A DNA stretch of 49,680 nt, filler included, from Catajapyx aquilonaris (Eukaryota): assembly GCA_000934665.2 (NCBI GenBank). It is 2 parts of 2 records of this genome, joined end to end, with 100 filler letters (N's around TTAATTAATTAA, not from the genome) between each part and the next. Parts side by side here need not be neighbours in the genome. Positions count along the whole stretch, not along the records: positions 24,898 to 49,680 come from JYFJ02005458.1; 1 more part is not named here. One strand, given 5' to 3'. This document shows, piece by piece, positions 24,990-36,900 of this stretch (position 1 is the stretch's first letter; each line of letters begins with the position of its first letter). The position numbers were made by a program, and so were the translations under genes. The notes under the pieces were generated by a model. It was given only the letters and a program-made list of their open reading frames with translations, did not search any database and was not told where the DNA came from.

Positions 24990-25460
24990 TTAATATGTAC
25001 TTATGAAACGTGCACCACTCAACACTTTACTCATTCAAAAAATCTCAGTGGAAATAAACCATGTCAATAAGTGCAAAAGATACCCTATTATTGTAAGATT
25101 AACTGGAAAATGAATCAAGGCAACAAGGAACTGACAACAGGTACTGAATGCAACTTCAGAGGTGCTAATGACTTTTGCACATGAAGGGGAGGGCTTCTCA
25201 GACCTCCTCATGTATATAAAAGACACTCCCATTAAACCAACGAATGATCTGACATCACGTTCAGCCCTCCTCTACCTGGCTCTTCTCTCCTATAATGTCC
25301 CCAAATCGATCTGCAAGCCTACTACTGCGCGTGCTCAGAAAACATGGCTGGTGTAGCATCAGATTGTTCTTTGGTTTAAAGGACTATAGCCTACAGTAAT
25401 ATTATATTGAAAGTGTTAGTACCTAACATTGCAACATACAAAAATGACATATGCTTATAC

Positions 25461-27473
25461 CTTAAGCAATGGCCTGGAGAGATTCATCTGCTGAAATGAA
25501 GTACTCCCTTCAAGTTGAGTTTCTGTGTCAAAGAAATCTGAAGATTCTTCAACACGCTGCCGTTTTCTCTCTTTACGTGACTTCTCTCGCTCATTCTCTC
25601 GTATACCATCTGAAATTATAGATTTATTATTGGCCAAGTGCTGTCAATTATGTATTATGAGGATCAGTTACAAAATAAGTTTTATGATGCTACAGTTTCG
25701 ATGGCATGCAAGAGGCATGGTAAAGATGCGCATGAGCAGGTACGTCGAACCTTATAGTTCTTTAGAGGATGGGTAAGTGCCATCTTGCAGCTTATGTGCA
25801 GGCGTGGTAGCTGTCACACTTAACTGAGTGGTGAGCAGAGCATGTCCGTACACAATCCACCAGGAGCGGTCATGGTAGAGACATGTTGATTACATGGAAT
25901 AAGGCAGAAGCTAGGACAATTTAGGACACAGTCATTAAGTGCCGTGGCCCGGTCATCTGGGTCCCTGGTTGTCCTTCACACTCGTGAGCTCATTGCGGAA
26001 TTGCTGGCACCATGTCACTGCACCATTTGCTCGGACATGACATCTGGACCATACACTTCCACTAGTCGGTGGCACGGTGGTGCAGTGGTTAGCACCACAG
26101 TCTCCCACCTCAAGGTCCCGAGTTTGATCCCCAGGTTGGGAAGAGGATACTTATGTGGATAGAGTTTCGATGGGTTCTCTCCATGGTTGCATGGGTTTTC
26201 TCAGGTTTCTCCCGTTTCCTCCCACTATCAAAATCCATTACAGGAAAGGCAATGATTAAAGTTGGTAATAGTGTAGAAAAGATGATCCCCTAAAAGGCCC
26301 ACGGATGCATATCACGGGACATCCCTTTATTTATTTTTACACTTCCACTAGTTGGCAATCAATGTTGTATGTCGAATGTCGACCATTTGCACCAAACAAC
26401 TTCCCTCACAACTGCCTTAGTTCCTGTGACCAACGCGTATCTGTCTGCCATGACTTCTAGCAGAATGTGGATGGCATGCTCTGCTCACCACTCACTTGTC
26501 AGTTGTCAGTCTCATCCGACGGCTGCCACACCTGCACATAAGTTGCCAGATGATCCCTACCTGTCCTCTACAGTACCAAAAGGATCGACGTACCTGATCA
26601 TGCAAGCCTTTACCCTGTCTGTTGCATGGCGTCAAAACTGTACCATCATGAAACATATTTTCCGACTGACTCTTGTATTTACCTACCTCTTTTAAGTTCA
26701 TCATCTGAGAGCTGAACAGAACTGTCATCCTTGGTCATTTCCTTATCACTCTCCTCTTCACTTTCCTCTTCGCTACCCCTCTCAGCACTCAAAATTTGCC
26801 GACTCTTACGTATCTTCTCATCAACACTTGGCCTTGGCTTCCGCTTGATAAATTTGAACACATCACTCCAAGAGTCATGGTTGTACTCCTTTACGCTGTC
26901 TGCAAACTTGAATTCAGGCTCAAAATCCATTTTATGACGTGCCACTGACTTCTTCCTTGTTGGCTGAAACTGCATTTATTCGGATTAGGACTACTATTAA
27001 CATGATTACACACTGAGTTATTAATGATGAGGAACCAAACGCAAGTAATTTGTTAACTGTGAGCCGTAAGCCTGACCAGGCCTGACAAGAGTACCCAAAA
27101 CTGAACTATTTTGGCTACCAAGAAATGGTCTTGCATCTGCCGTAGGCAGAGTGACATGAAAGTAAAGCAATGGCTGGATCTGTACATTGCTATTTGTTAC
27201 AATGAGGCAATGTAACTTCTTATTCAAAGCCGCCCATTATCTCCAACACCAGACACATGCCTTAAAACCTACTTTGCTGATTTGTTCAGATAATTTGAAC
27301 TGACAAAAGTTAGTTCAGCTTGTTTCTTATCTTAATTTTTCTTAAGTTTTGTTGTTCCACTGGATTGCCCTTACTTCCTCCTCGCTTTCGGACGATTCCG
27401 AGAGGTTGGGGACAGCATCGTCGTCCTCCTCGATCGTGGACACCAGGTCACACGTGCTCTTTCTCGACGCCAT
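25461..27473 (-). CDS. DDX27: DEAD-box RNA helicase DDX27/Drs1/Rs1, first three coding exons; the rest lies beyond the gap
   Basis: Exon 27473-27375: MASRKSTCDLVSTIEEDDD. Exon 26969 (or 26963)-26687: DFEPEFKF..EYNHDSWSD..IKRK..VDEKIRK. Exon 25609-25461 ends FQQMNLSRPLLK, the start of the Q motif. GT-AG sites and phases are consistent. Confidence 0.88.
25665..26668. mobile_element. MITE family A with CAGT...ACTG ends, filling DDX27 intron 2
   Basis: 25665-25850 is a diverged reverse complement of ~26470-26668 and is homologous to 7583-8074. Confidence 0.78.
26067..26337 (+). mobile_element. tRNA-derived SINE with V-domain-like body and 15-bp TSD
   Basis: A box TGGTGCAGTGG and B-like box AGTTTGATCCC. 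Body GAGTTT..GTTCTCTCCATGGTTGCATGGGTTTTCTCAGGTTTCTCCCGTTTCCTCCCAC and a TTTA tail. TSD TACACTTCCACTAGT at 26052-26066 and 26338-26352. Confidence 0.88.
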
Positions 27474-28669
27474 TGCTGCTTGGCATGCAGCATGAGTGAC
27501 GTCACGCCCTCATGGGAAATCAGTGGTGCCAACTGCGTCAGGAGTGCCAACACGTGCAAGTAGAAGGAGGCGGGAAGCTTATGATTGCTGCACACCTTTT
27601 CGGAAAACAGTATCATGTGCTCTTCCAATACTACATGGAGCACCTAGTAATTGCTGATGTAAATATTTAAAAAACCGATCATCCTCAAGAAACTGAAACA
27701 GTCACCCGCAGTCACCAAGAATCAATACTGTTAGTTCTGCTCGGAGGCCATAAGGGCGTAAGTCTACATCCCATTTTTAAGTGACCTGCATGTAAGATGT
27801 AAGTTACACAAAACATGCCACATAAGATATGAATAAGTTTCATCTTATCCTCTCCCTGCTATACAGGAACTACTCCTTCCTTCCTCCACTTATTCTTGTT
27901 CCTCAACCCACATCCCATCTATGAATGGAATTCTAGGAATGAGGGCAGTGACTGTTGCTAAAAGTAACAAGCTTGACTCTCAGGAAAAGTGGCCTAAAAG
28001 GAGTATATTTGCATTGACATTAGTTTCCATCGGTCATTAATTGGGAGATGTACTGACGAATCCCATATGAAAATCTCTTAACACTGACAGCTCAGCTCTG
28101 GCCTCCAACATGGGAGAGACATAAAATACAGCTGTACTGGAGGGTCAAAAATGCTCACTACACAGTTACATGGGCATAAGCATGATTTTAGCTCATTTCC
28201 CGCTATGGCCACATTGAGCACACTCTCATTGCTGCCATGTCTTGATCGTGTCTGGCTCTGGTTTGACCAATTTCCCTTAGTTCTAACTCTCCACCTCCCT
28301 CCATGAACTTATCATCCACATTATTTCATATCTACTAAATATCCAGTCTCCAAAAATGAAACAATACAAATATCACATAAAATGTTTATATTTTGACAAA
28401 TGTTTACAATGTAAAATTCACCATGTAAAAAAGCCAAAATATGCAAATGTGTCGTTAGTAGCCTGTAGCATTACACAAAATTCAGGTGCTAAAAATATGC
28501 AATTTGTACTATATACACAACATATTTAAATGTGTTCAAACATTCTATTTTGCACAGAAAACTGCAGTTTACATATGGCCAATATGTATATTTGGAGTGA
28601 TTTAGTTGCACATGAAATACTCTGTTTGGCAAAGTGACATAATGTGACATGCAGTAGCAGCCTGCCGAG

Positions 28670-29786
28670 CTAACAGCACCAACTCGCAGCTGCACTTTCA
28701 CCATGGGGTAGAGCGCTCCCTGTCAACTTCCTTTTCTCACCAGAGTTTCTGATAGGCATTGCATTTGGTGAACCTGTGTCATAAACTCGGATGCCACCAA
28801 TCTGGTTGTTCTCATACATCCTGGCCAATGTCTGGGCTGCATGAAAGAACACCTCATCCACTCCTGTAATGAAATGATAATTGGATTAAAGAAATCTGAA
28901 AACAATGGCAAATTAGGTATGACCCATTCCAAAATGACTTGAGCTCTTAACAGTTCCAAACTTCATCTCCTCTAATATTATGTTCCCAAACTGACAAGCA
29001 AGAGGAGTCAGAAACACGATACACGCACTCTTCTCAGTGACACGAAAACATCATCTATTAGCACAATATAATTTAAAATTTCAAACCTTCTCCTGTCATG
29101 GCTGAAGTCTCAAAATACATTGCACCAATCATGGATGCATACTCCAGAGCTTGGTCTTGTGACACAACCCTCTTTGCTCTCAGGTCACACTTGTTGCCAA
29201 TCAAAATGAGAACGATGGGCTCCTCCACATTCCGCCTCAGTTCTAAAATGTGAAACTTCAATGTGGTAAACAGAACATGATTTGGCATCATGTCAAACTG
29301 ACCTTTAACCCAGGATTTTGCAGAAGCAAATGAGTGTTCTTGTGTAATGTCATACACAACTAGAGCTGCATTGGCATTTCGGTAGTACATAGGAGCCATT
29401 GACTGAAACCTCTCCTGTCCAGCAGTGTCCCACACCTGCATCTTTACCCTGGTAGTCTCCAGGTTCACCTTGAAGGTAAAGAATGATGCTCCGATGGTGG
29501 GGTTGATGTTAGGGCTGAATGACTTCTCCACATATTGGACCACTATGCTTGTCTTTCCCACTCCTTCAAGTACAAATACAATATCAGAATACGTCATCAA
29601 TCTTGCAGCAACAATGCACAATGACGCAATAACAAAACAATGCAAACATATCAAGACAGCCAGTATATAGCAGCAACATAACCATGTGACTCATGAAACT
29701 GCAAAATTCAGCTATTTGCATTTTCAACACACTGAAAAGATACCTTGGCATCCTAAGATGACAAGCTTGACTTCAAGTGTCCTCAT
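28670..29786 (-). CDS. RabX1: Rab GTPase of the Rab5/22/31 group, RabX1-like, 217 aa, 4 coding exons
   Basis: Exons 29786-29744, 29563-29303, 29242-29087 and 28863-28670 total 654 nt. Motifs: GCQGVGKT, PTIGASFF, WDTAGQERF, APMYYRNANAA, ELRRNVEEP, GNKCD, ETSA, and a C-terminal WCC prenylation signal. A likely non-coding first exon has a GTGAGT donor near 30100. Confidence 0.9.
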
Positions 29787-30939
29787 CCTTTGTGGCTGGT
29801 GTGTCACACGTCCCAGCCACCAGTATATGTCATCCCATGTGTTGCACTGCCTTCACGTGCCAGCTGTTTCCTACCAAGGATGCGGATGTGGAGGGCAGTC
29901 AGTCCCCCCTGTTCCTCCACCCTTATCTAGTCTTATTCTACGGTATAATTAGATATAACCCTCGTAGGAGTGAAGGGGATTCAGGGTAAAGGAGCGAGGG
30001 TGCGGCCCCCCATCCCACCCTTTGTCCGTCTGTCCTCCCACCCAGAGATCAAAGGTTATTTGATATCTCTGTCACACTAAATTTCACACTGCCACTCACC
30101 CGCTAAGCCAATGTAATTGCGCCACTAATTCCCAGGCAATGAGTACAGCGCGGGATAATTGTGCGTATCCAGTTAAAGTTAAAGGCACAGGCGCGACAGG
30201 TTGTTGGTTCTCTTGCAAATGTTGAAGCTTGAAGGCGCGCCGTAGCCTTCAACTGTCCTCACGCGACTCGACGTTGCCAAATTTTGTATTTGCATATTTG
30301 TCACATGAAAAAAGTGTGCAAATTAGTTTCCAAAATTGGGAGTATCATGATTATTTTTTAACGTAATATATGTACACAATAAAATTGCCACAAACACCTA
30401 CTTACGGTGATATGAGATCTTCACAATAGGAAAGTTGACAACGTTCAATATGGCGCCACCCCTGCATTTTATACTGGTTATAGTGCGTATGTCTTACCAG
30501 CCATTATCCACTACCAGGTCGCTGTTGACCACTGTTGACTCTTCACATAGTGAAAAACATCGTCAGTTTTTCCAGTGAATTTGGAACCATAAAACATCAT
30601 TGTCCTCTATCAATTTGGTGAAAAGCTGCAGGTCTGTTTGTATGGGAACTTTCAGACTTTCAAGTTCAGTACTTGAAAACATGCCAAGTGTGAGGTGGAA
30701 CTGTGCCAAGGGAAGAATCTGGAAACTGAATTGTAAATAACATTTGCACAGTAAGACAATTTGTATCTCATTAGGCTCACACCAGCGGATTTATTAAAAG
30801 TGTAACAATTCAATAAATTAAAGCCTATATTGCGCAAAATACACCATTTTTTCCCAAATATTAAAAATTATAACCCTTGTACATAAAACTGCACATTAAA
30901 TCAAAATTCCAACTTAAATTGCTAGTCATCCAATAACGA

Positions 30940-33900
30940 TCATGAATATCCCATGCTCCTTTGAATGAGATCAGCAGCATTTCTGATGGCCTGGGCACAT
31001 GACTGGGTGTTGATGTGCCTCATGCAAGTAAGTCGGACAAGTCCACACTGATACCCTGAAGCCAACCACAAGTGGCTACCCAGGTTAGGATTCCATCCTA
31101 CACAATTTACTGATGTCATTGGGTACATGTCTACAGGCAGCATTGCCATCTGTTCGGTGCCGTGGCCTCGCTTAGTTGCCAAGTCCTGCCTCAAACGTGG
31201 CATGTTGTGCTGTGTTCAAAGAAGAAATTCAGTGATGCTATTTAATATCACCATGAAAAGGACCTAAAAGGAACATAACAGGCCCAAACTGACTGCAGGA
31301 TTCTAGAACAAACTCACAGGGATCAGCAATAAATTACATCATTCTGATAGTAAGCTTTCTTGACTGCCACCATGCCACATAGGTTCATCCTAACCCACCG
31401 TCTTGTGTTACTCTTACTCCTTACCTAACCCCAAACATAAGCCAATTTTTAGAGGATCCTCTTCTATTACCTAACTTTATTAATTGCCCGTGATTAAGTA
31501 ATTTTGATGGTAGGAAACAAGAAAACCCCATGACAACCCATGCGAGCTAAAAAAAAATCTATCAAAACTCCCTCCACATGAGAAAATTCTCCACCCAAGC
31601 CAAGTATCGAACTTGGGATCTCATAGCAGAAGGCTGTAGCACTAACCATTACACTTCATGCTGCCAATACAATGTAAGGCAATAAGATATGGTGATGAGG
31701 AATGTAGTGCTTGTCTCAGAAACTATCATAAGCAACTCATGCCAACTCCACTTCATCACAAGGATCTTATTGCCCAAAATTATGTTTGGGTTTGGGTATG
31801 AAGTGGGATAAAGATATAGCCTACTGGTGGCTCAGGACTGCCACAAGAAGTTGGTCCAGGTATAGATGTGTGATGTACACAACTGTGGATGAGCTTCGTA
31901 TGATAGTAACTTTAGGTTCAGTTGCATAATCAACAGTAAATTCATAATGAATGATTGATCAATGTTATCACTTGTTATTGGTTGACTCTGAGCAAGAAAT
32001 GGTAACATATTTATTACTGTCCCAATATTCCCTATATCAGTCTGGTGTGCTCTGAATAATATTGTGTATGACACAGCCCTCCCTTCAGGTATTTACTCAC
32101 AAGTGGATAATCCTGGATACTCAGTCCGTAAGTCCTTGCCATCTCATCATAAGTGCGAGGATAAGAATGATATTTCTCCTCAGCCTTATGGGCTTCTTTC
32201 TTCTTCACTGCTCGAGGTCCATGTCGCACAATTGGCTGTGGCAGCTCATCACTATTGCTCAGACTCTCCAGTTCTGCACAACAGACCATCTGAAATTTGA
32301 AATAGTAATGTTTATTGTATGCATCTTCAAGCCGTTATTTTTCAAATATGCAGCATTACCATCTTCCTCTTCCCAAGAGTCTTTGCAGTATCAACAGAAC
32401 TCAGCAACTGGCTTGCTATGGATAACATAACTTCTCCACTGGCAGTTGAATGAACCATTGAGTTCAGCCATTCAGAATACCCAAAACCCTGCCAAAACAA
32501 AATGATTCAACATATTGCCCTGCATGAACCCCTTCACTACCAGCTAGGCCGAAAACGCGTATATTTTAGCTTACACTTAGTCTGAAGATCAGGACAAGAT
32601 ATTTTACAAATCATAACTCAGGGGCGGATAGTTATGCTCTTAAAAAGGTCGAAATATGCATGCAAATATTCCCCAGAAAATAGCGAAATATTCTCTCAAA
32701 TATTCTCTAAAACCTGCATTTAATTCGCGATTTATTCTTGCGTTACCTGGAAAAATAAATACATGCAAATTATGTGCCATGGACTTGAGACTTTATCTCA
32801 CACAAGAGGTTTATTTCTTACACAACTTCATCATTTCATCAATAATTGTCTTCAGTTTCACTATTGAAGTGACAATGAGAGACAATACTTTTTTCCAAAT
32901 TGGATGCAGTTAATCGGTGCTTTGTCTCACTCAGGGTGCCCTTGAGTATTGAAAATGACCGATCCACATCACATGTCGTTATTGGTGCGTTTCAAAATGG
33001 TAAGCTATTGTCCCAAGGTTTGCAACGTAATAAATAAAATACAAAAAAATGTGGATAACAAGATTAACGAAGTAAAAAGCGTGAAATATTCCACATATGT
33101 CACTAAAGCCAAAATATGTCGTAAAGCTCGAAATATTATTTAATATGCAAAATAAGACCCACTTTTTTGGACTCCTGATGTCATGATTCCAATTTTCGTA
33201 CAAATCATGCCCTCGTGCATACAGAGGAAAAAACTATGTAAAAACATAACTATCCGCCCCCTAATCATAACAGCTATAATAACCCATTCATGTAAAACAC
33301 TATTAATGTGTTGCTAACAGTTTTACTCCTCTAGAAGTCCCTAAAATAATTTCCGAAAAGACAGACCTAAAAACTCCAAATTAGAGTACTGCCGGTCAAC
33401 AGTTAGGCTGACTTAATTATGAAATACGCTAGAATATACAGAACAATAACCTTGAGAACCGTGCCAGACAAATTTGCTCAAATCGTCGTACTTCTCGAGA
33501 ATTAAATTTAATACTTATTAGCAGCTTTTGGACACTTCGGAAAACTCCCAAATTAATTTACTTCTCGCGAAGTGTCAGAAAGTCACAAATAAGTATTAAT
33601 TTATTTCTCGCAAAGTACAACGATTTCAGCAAATTCGTTGGCACGGTTCTCAAGGTAGTTGTTCCGTATATTTTAGAGTATTTCATAATTAAATCAGCCT
33701 AACATTTGGCCGGCAGTACTCTAATTTTGAGTTTTTAAGGCGGTCTTTTTGGAAATTAATTTAGGGACTTCTAGAGGAGTAAAATTGTTCGCAACATATT
33801 AATAGTGTTTTTACATTAATGGGTAATTATTTGTAAAATATCTTGCTTTTATCTTCAGAGTAGGCGTAAGCTAAAATATAGGCGTTTTTGGCCTAGCTAG

Positions 33901-36900
33901 TAGCGAAGGAGTAAAAGGTACACAATCATAGAATTGAATCCTTCAATTACTCACCCACACCACTGAATTTTGGGGAAAGATTGTAGCCAACTTGCTCCCA
34001 AAGTTACATATTGGTGTCATGACAGTGTTACTGTGTCCCAAACTGTAAAAATTGTGGAAAAACTTGCGTTAACCAGAATAACTGCTTTAACATACAATAA
34101 GATATTCACCCAAACGTGTCATCATAGGTGGTGAGTGCAGTGACCCAGTGCATTGGCCAGTGACCATTAGTTACATTGCCACGCTTGTTGGAGAATAGGG
34201 GCTGGGAGGTGTCCTCCAGATCCCAACATTTCACTTGACGGTCCATAGAACCAGTCATCAAGTAACGGCCTTCCAGGTGGGGCCAAAGAGTTAGGGCTAG
34301 AAGAATCAGTAATCATATCAAACCCATATATACAGTATTTCATGCTACAGAATATCCCATCATAATCAATGCATCATGCTCAGCAGCAGGAGTATATTAC
34401 TAGCCTTTTGAATCTACTATGAATTAATATTACAGATAGTTATTGTACCAGTATCATATTTTGTTATTCTGAAAGTAGGTATCAGCAGAGTAGCTGAGAC
34501 AAAAACAAGGAGCAAACATGGACACTACCAGCAGGAAACACAGGCATGACCCAGCCCAATAAATATTCTGCAGGCAATAAATTCAGACAAACTGCCAAGA
34601 AATAATGTGGAAAGCAGAATTTTTTTTCCAGTATTTTGTGACATCTTGCAGCATTAAATTATTATTTCGCTCTAACAAAAACCTTTAACAACAGTAAACA
34701 TAAAGTTGCACCTACCTGTGATTAAGCCATAGTGTGCTCGGAAGCATAAAAATGGGTGATAGATAGTGGTGCTACCATCCTGCATTTTAAGGAGAGGAGA
34801 TTCTGTAGCCAGGTCCCATACAGCTATGACACCATTTGAAAATCCACCAGCTATCAGCCTGCAATGCATTGTATTAAATTATTACGTACTTTGATGTGTC
34901 AATTTTTACTTTCTTCATGCTCGGTTCAAGCATTATACAATCTCCAAAGGTAAAGGTTAAATTTCTGAATTCTCATAGTCTTGCAAGCTGGGAAGATTGC
35001 CCAGATAAATCATGTGAAATTTCCCTTCCACATACAGAGATAATAAGTAAATGAGACCCACCCATGTCCTTTCCCCTTGAACCATGAGATACGGCTGCAC
35101 TGGTAGTTGTCCATGAGGCTGGTTCCACATTCTCCTATTGCTTCCAACACAATGTCTGGCCTTTTTTTAAAAATTGGCCAGCTTCCATCAGAAAGCTCTG
35201 GGAGTGAATGAGGTTGGCATATGCTGTATATGCGCACCTTCCCATCCCCACAAGCTGCGGCAAGAAGCCCCAGTCGCAGAAGGGCCTCGACTGGCTTCTT
35301 TGTGGAGTCAAAGTCATAGCAGCCAGATGGACACCATTCCAAACACCACACTGGCCCACCTTCCATTATGATGCCTAGCACAAGTTTTGGAATATCTGAA
35401 GGACTGAAAAAAAATCAGTTTAATTCACACTGATGATTGATGCAATGCATAGCATCAATAAAATTCACAATGTAACAAAAACATAATCTCTACGTAAAGA
35501 ATACTTCTTCATTTTACACATACGAGGTATTATAATGTAGGAAAGCCAACACAAGTCAAGCAAGGATCTACCAAGTTTATCTTCTTCCTACCAGCTGTTA
35601 TCATGTTAGCATTTGAGTCACACAAAAGTAAGCTAATATTCCTATTATTTTTGTTAAAATTTGAACTTACCTGGGGGTAGTTAGCTTTCCAACATCCCAA
35701 ATCTGAATAAGTGTGTTCTCACTATATCTCTCACATACATTGTAGGCAGTATCCACGCTTCGTGGGCAACTGAGAGCCAGGAACTGCCTCTGATTTGGGT
35801 CAGCTAGTAGAGGAAGAGGGCACCAGGCCATGCTCCACACCGGGCCTCCACAGAAGAAAGTGGGCACGTTCCCCAACAGCCTGCCTTCAAACAAAGCTAA
35901 ACTAATCCACTCTTTGCTTTGAGATGATTCGAACATTTCCTGAACCCGGAACTGAACTGAAGAACACACTAGTGGCACCTCTGCTACAACTTGTTCTTGT
36001 TTCACCCAGGTCCAGTTAGCAGACAATGATGTGAGGTGAGAGAAAAGATGCTTTGAAAAATTCTTGACTTGGCTGTAAAGGACCATAATGATTAGCTCAT
36101 CCCTTCAAGGTTCTAATAACTAATGCATTAAGAATTACACTGTAATAAACGTTGAACTTACAATTGGCTAGTCCAGTATGCAGCAGATGTGAAGGCCTGC
36201 AATGGCGATCCACCATATAGGAAACGCTCTGACTGCAGGAATGGAAATCGGACAGTACCAACTGCAAAATAATTTTATCGTAACAATGGAAAGAATTATG
36301 TACGTTCTACTACACAACTTCAAATGTCCCAGACACTGGAAACAAAAAATTTTACTAGCGGGATCTAGCTTACTGCCTTTCCGGTTAGAAGGGGCCTTGC
36401 TTTCCCTCAACCTCTTTGAGGTTGAATTATCAGACTGTATGTCCTCCTCAGTTTCTTCTGCATATCCGTCACTTTCACTATCACTACCATCCATTACATT
36501 CTGGTGTGCCTTTGTGATGTGCTGCATCATATCGTCTTCTTCCTTGGATATGTATGGGCATACTTTGCATCGGAAGTGGTCCTAAGTGAGATGCCCAATG
36601 TTACAAGTGATCCAAGATTCCTTTCGCAATATTTTTAAAATCCATATCCTCCAAGAACATATTTAACAAGAGTACTGCACAGTTCCTTTTCCACCTTTAC
36701 ACCAATACAAAGTTGGTGGCAATGTGTATAACTCAACGAAGGACAAGAAGCACCGAACTCGGTACAACAAAAACTGAAGGGTGTTGTTTGTGGGCAATTC
36801 CACGAAAAAGCGGACATGGGGTGCGGTTCTTATATCTTGACGCAGTTGGAATCTGAGTGACTAAAACCGAAGCATGTGGACCATGGTTTCCTTAGCCATG

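Noticed and set aside
27496..27505. CRE palindrome GTGACGTCAC upstream of the DDX27 ATG
   Set aside because: A single short motif with no independent support for function.
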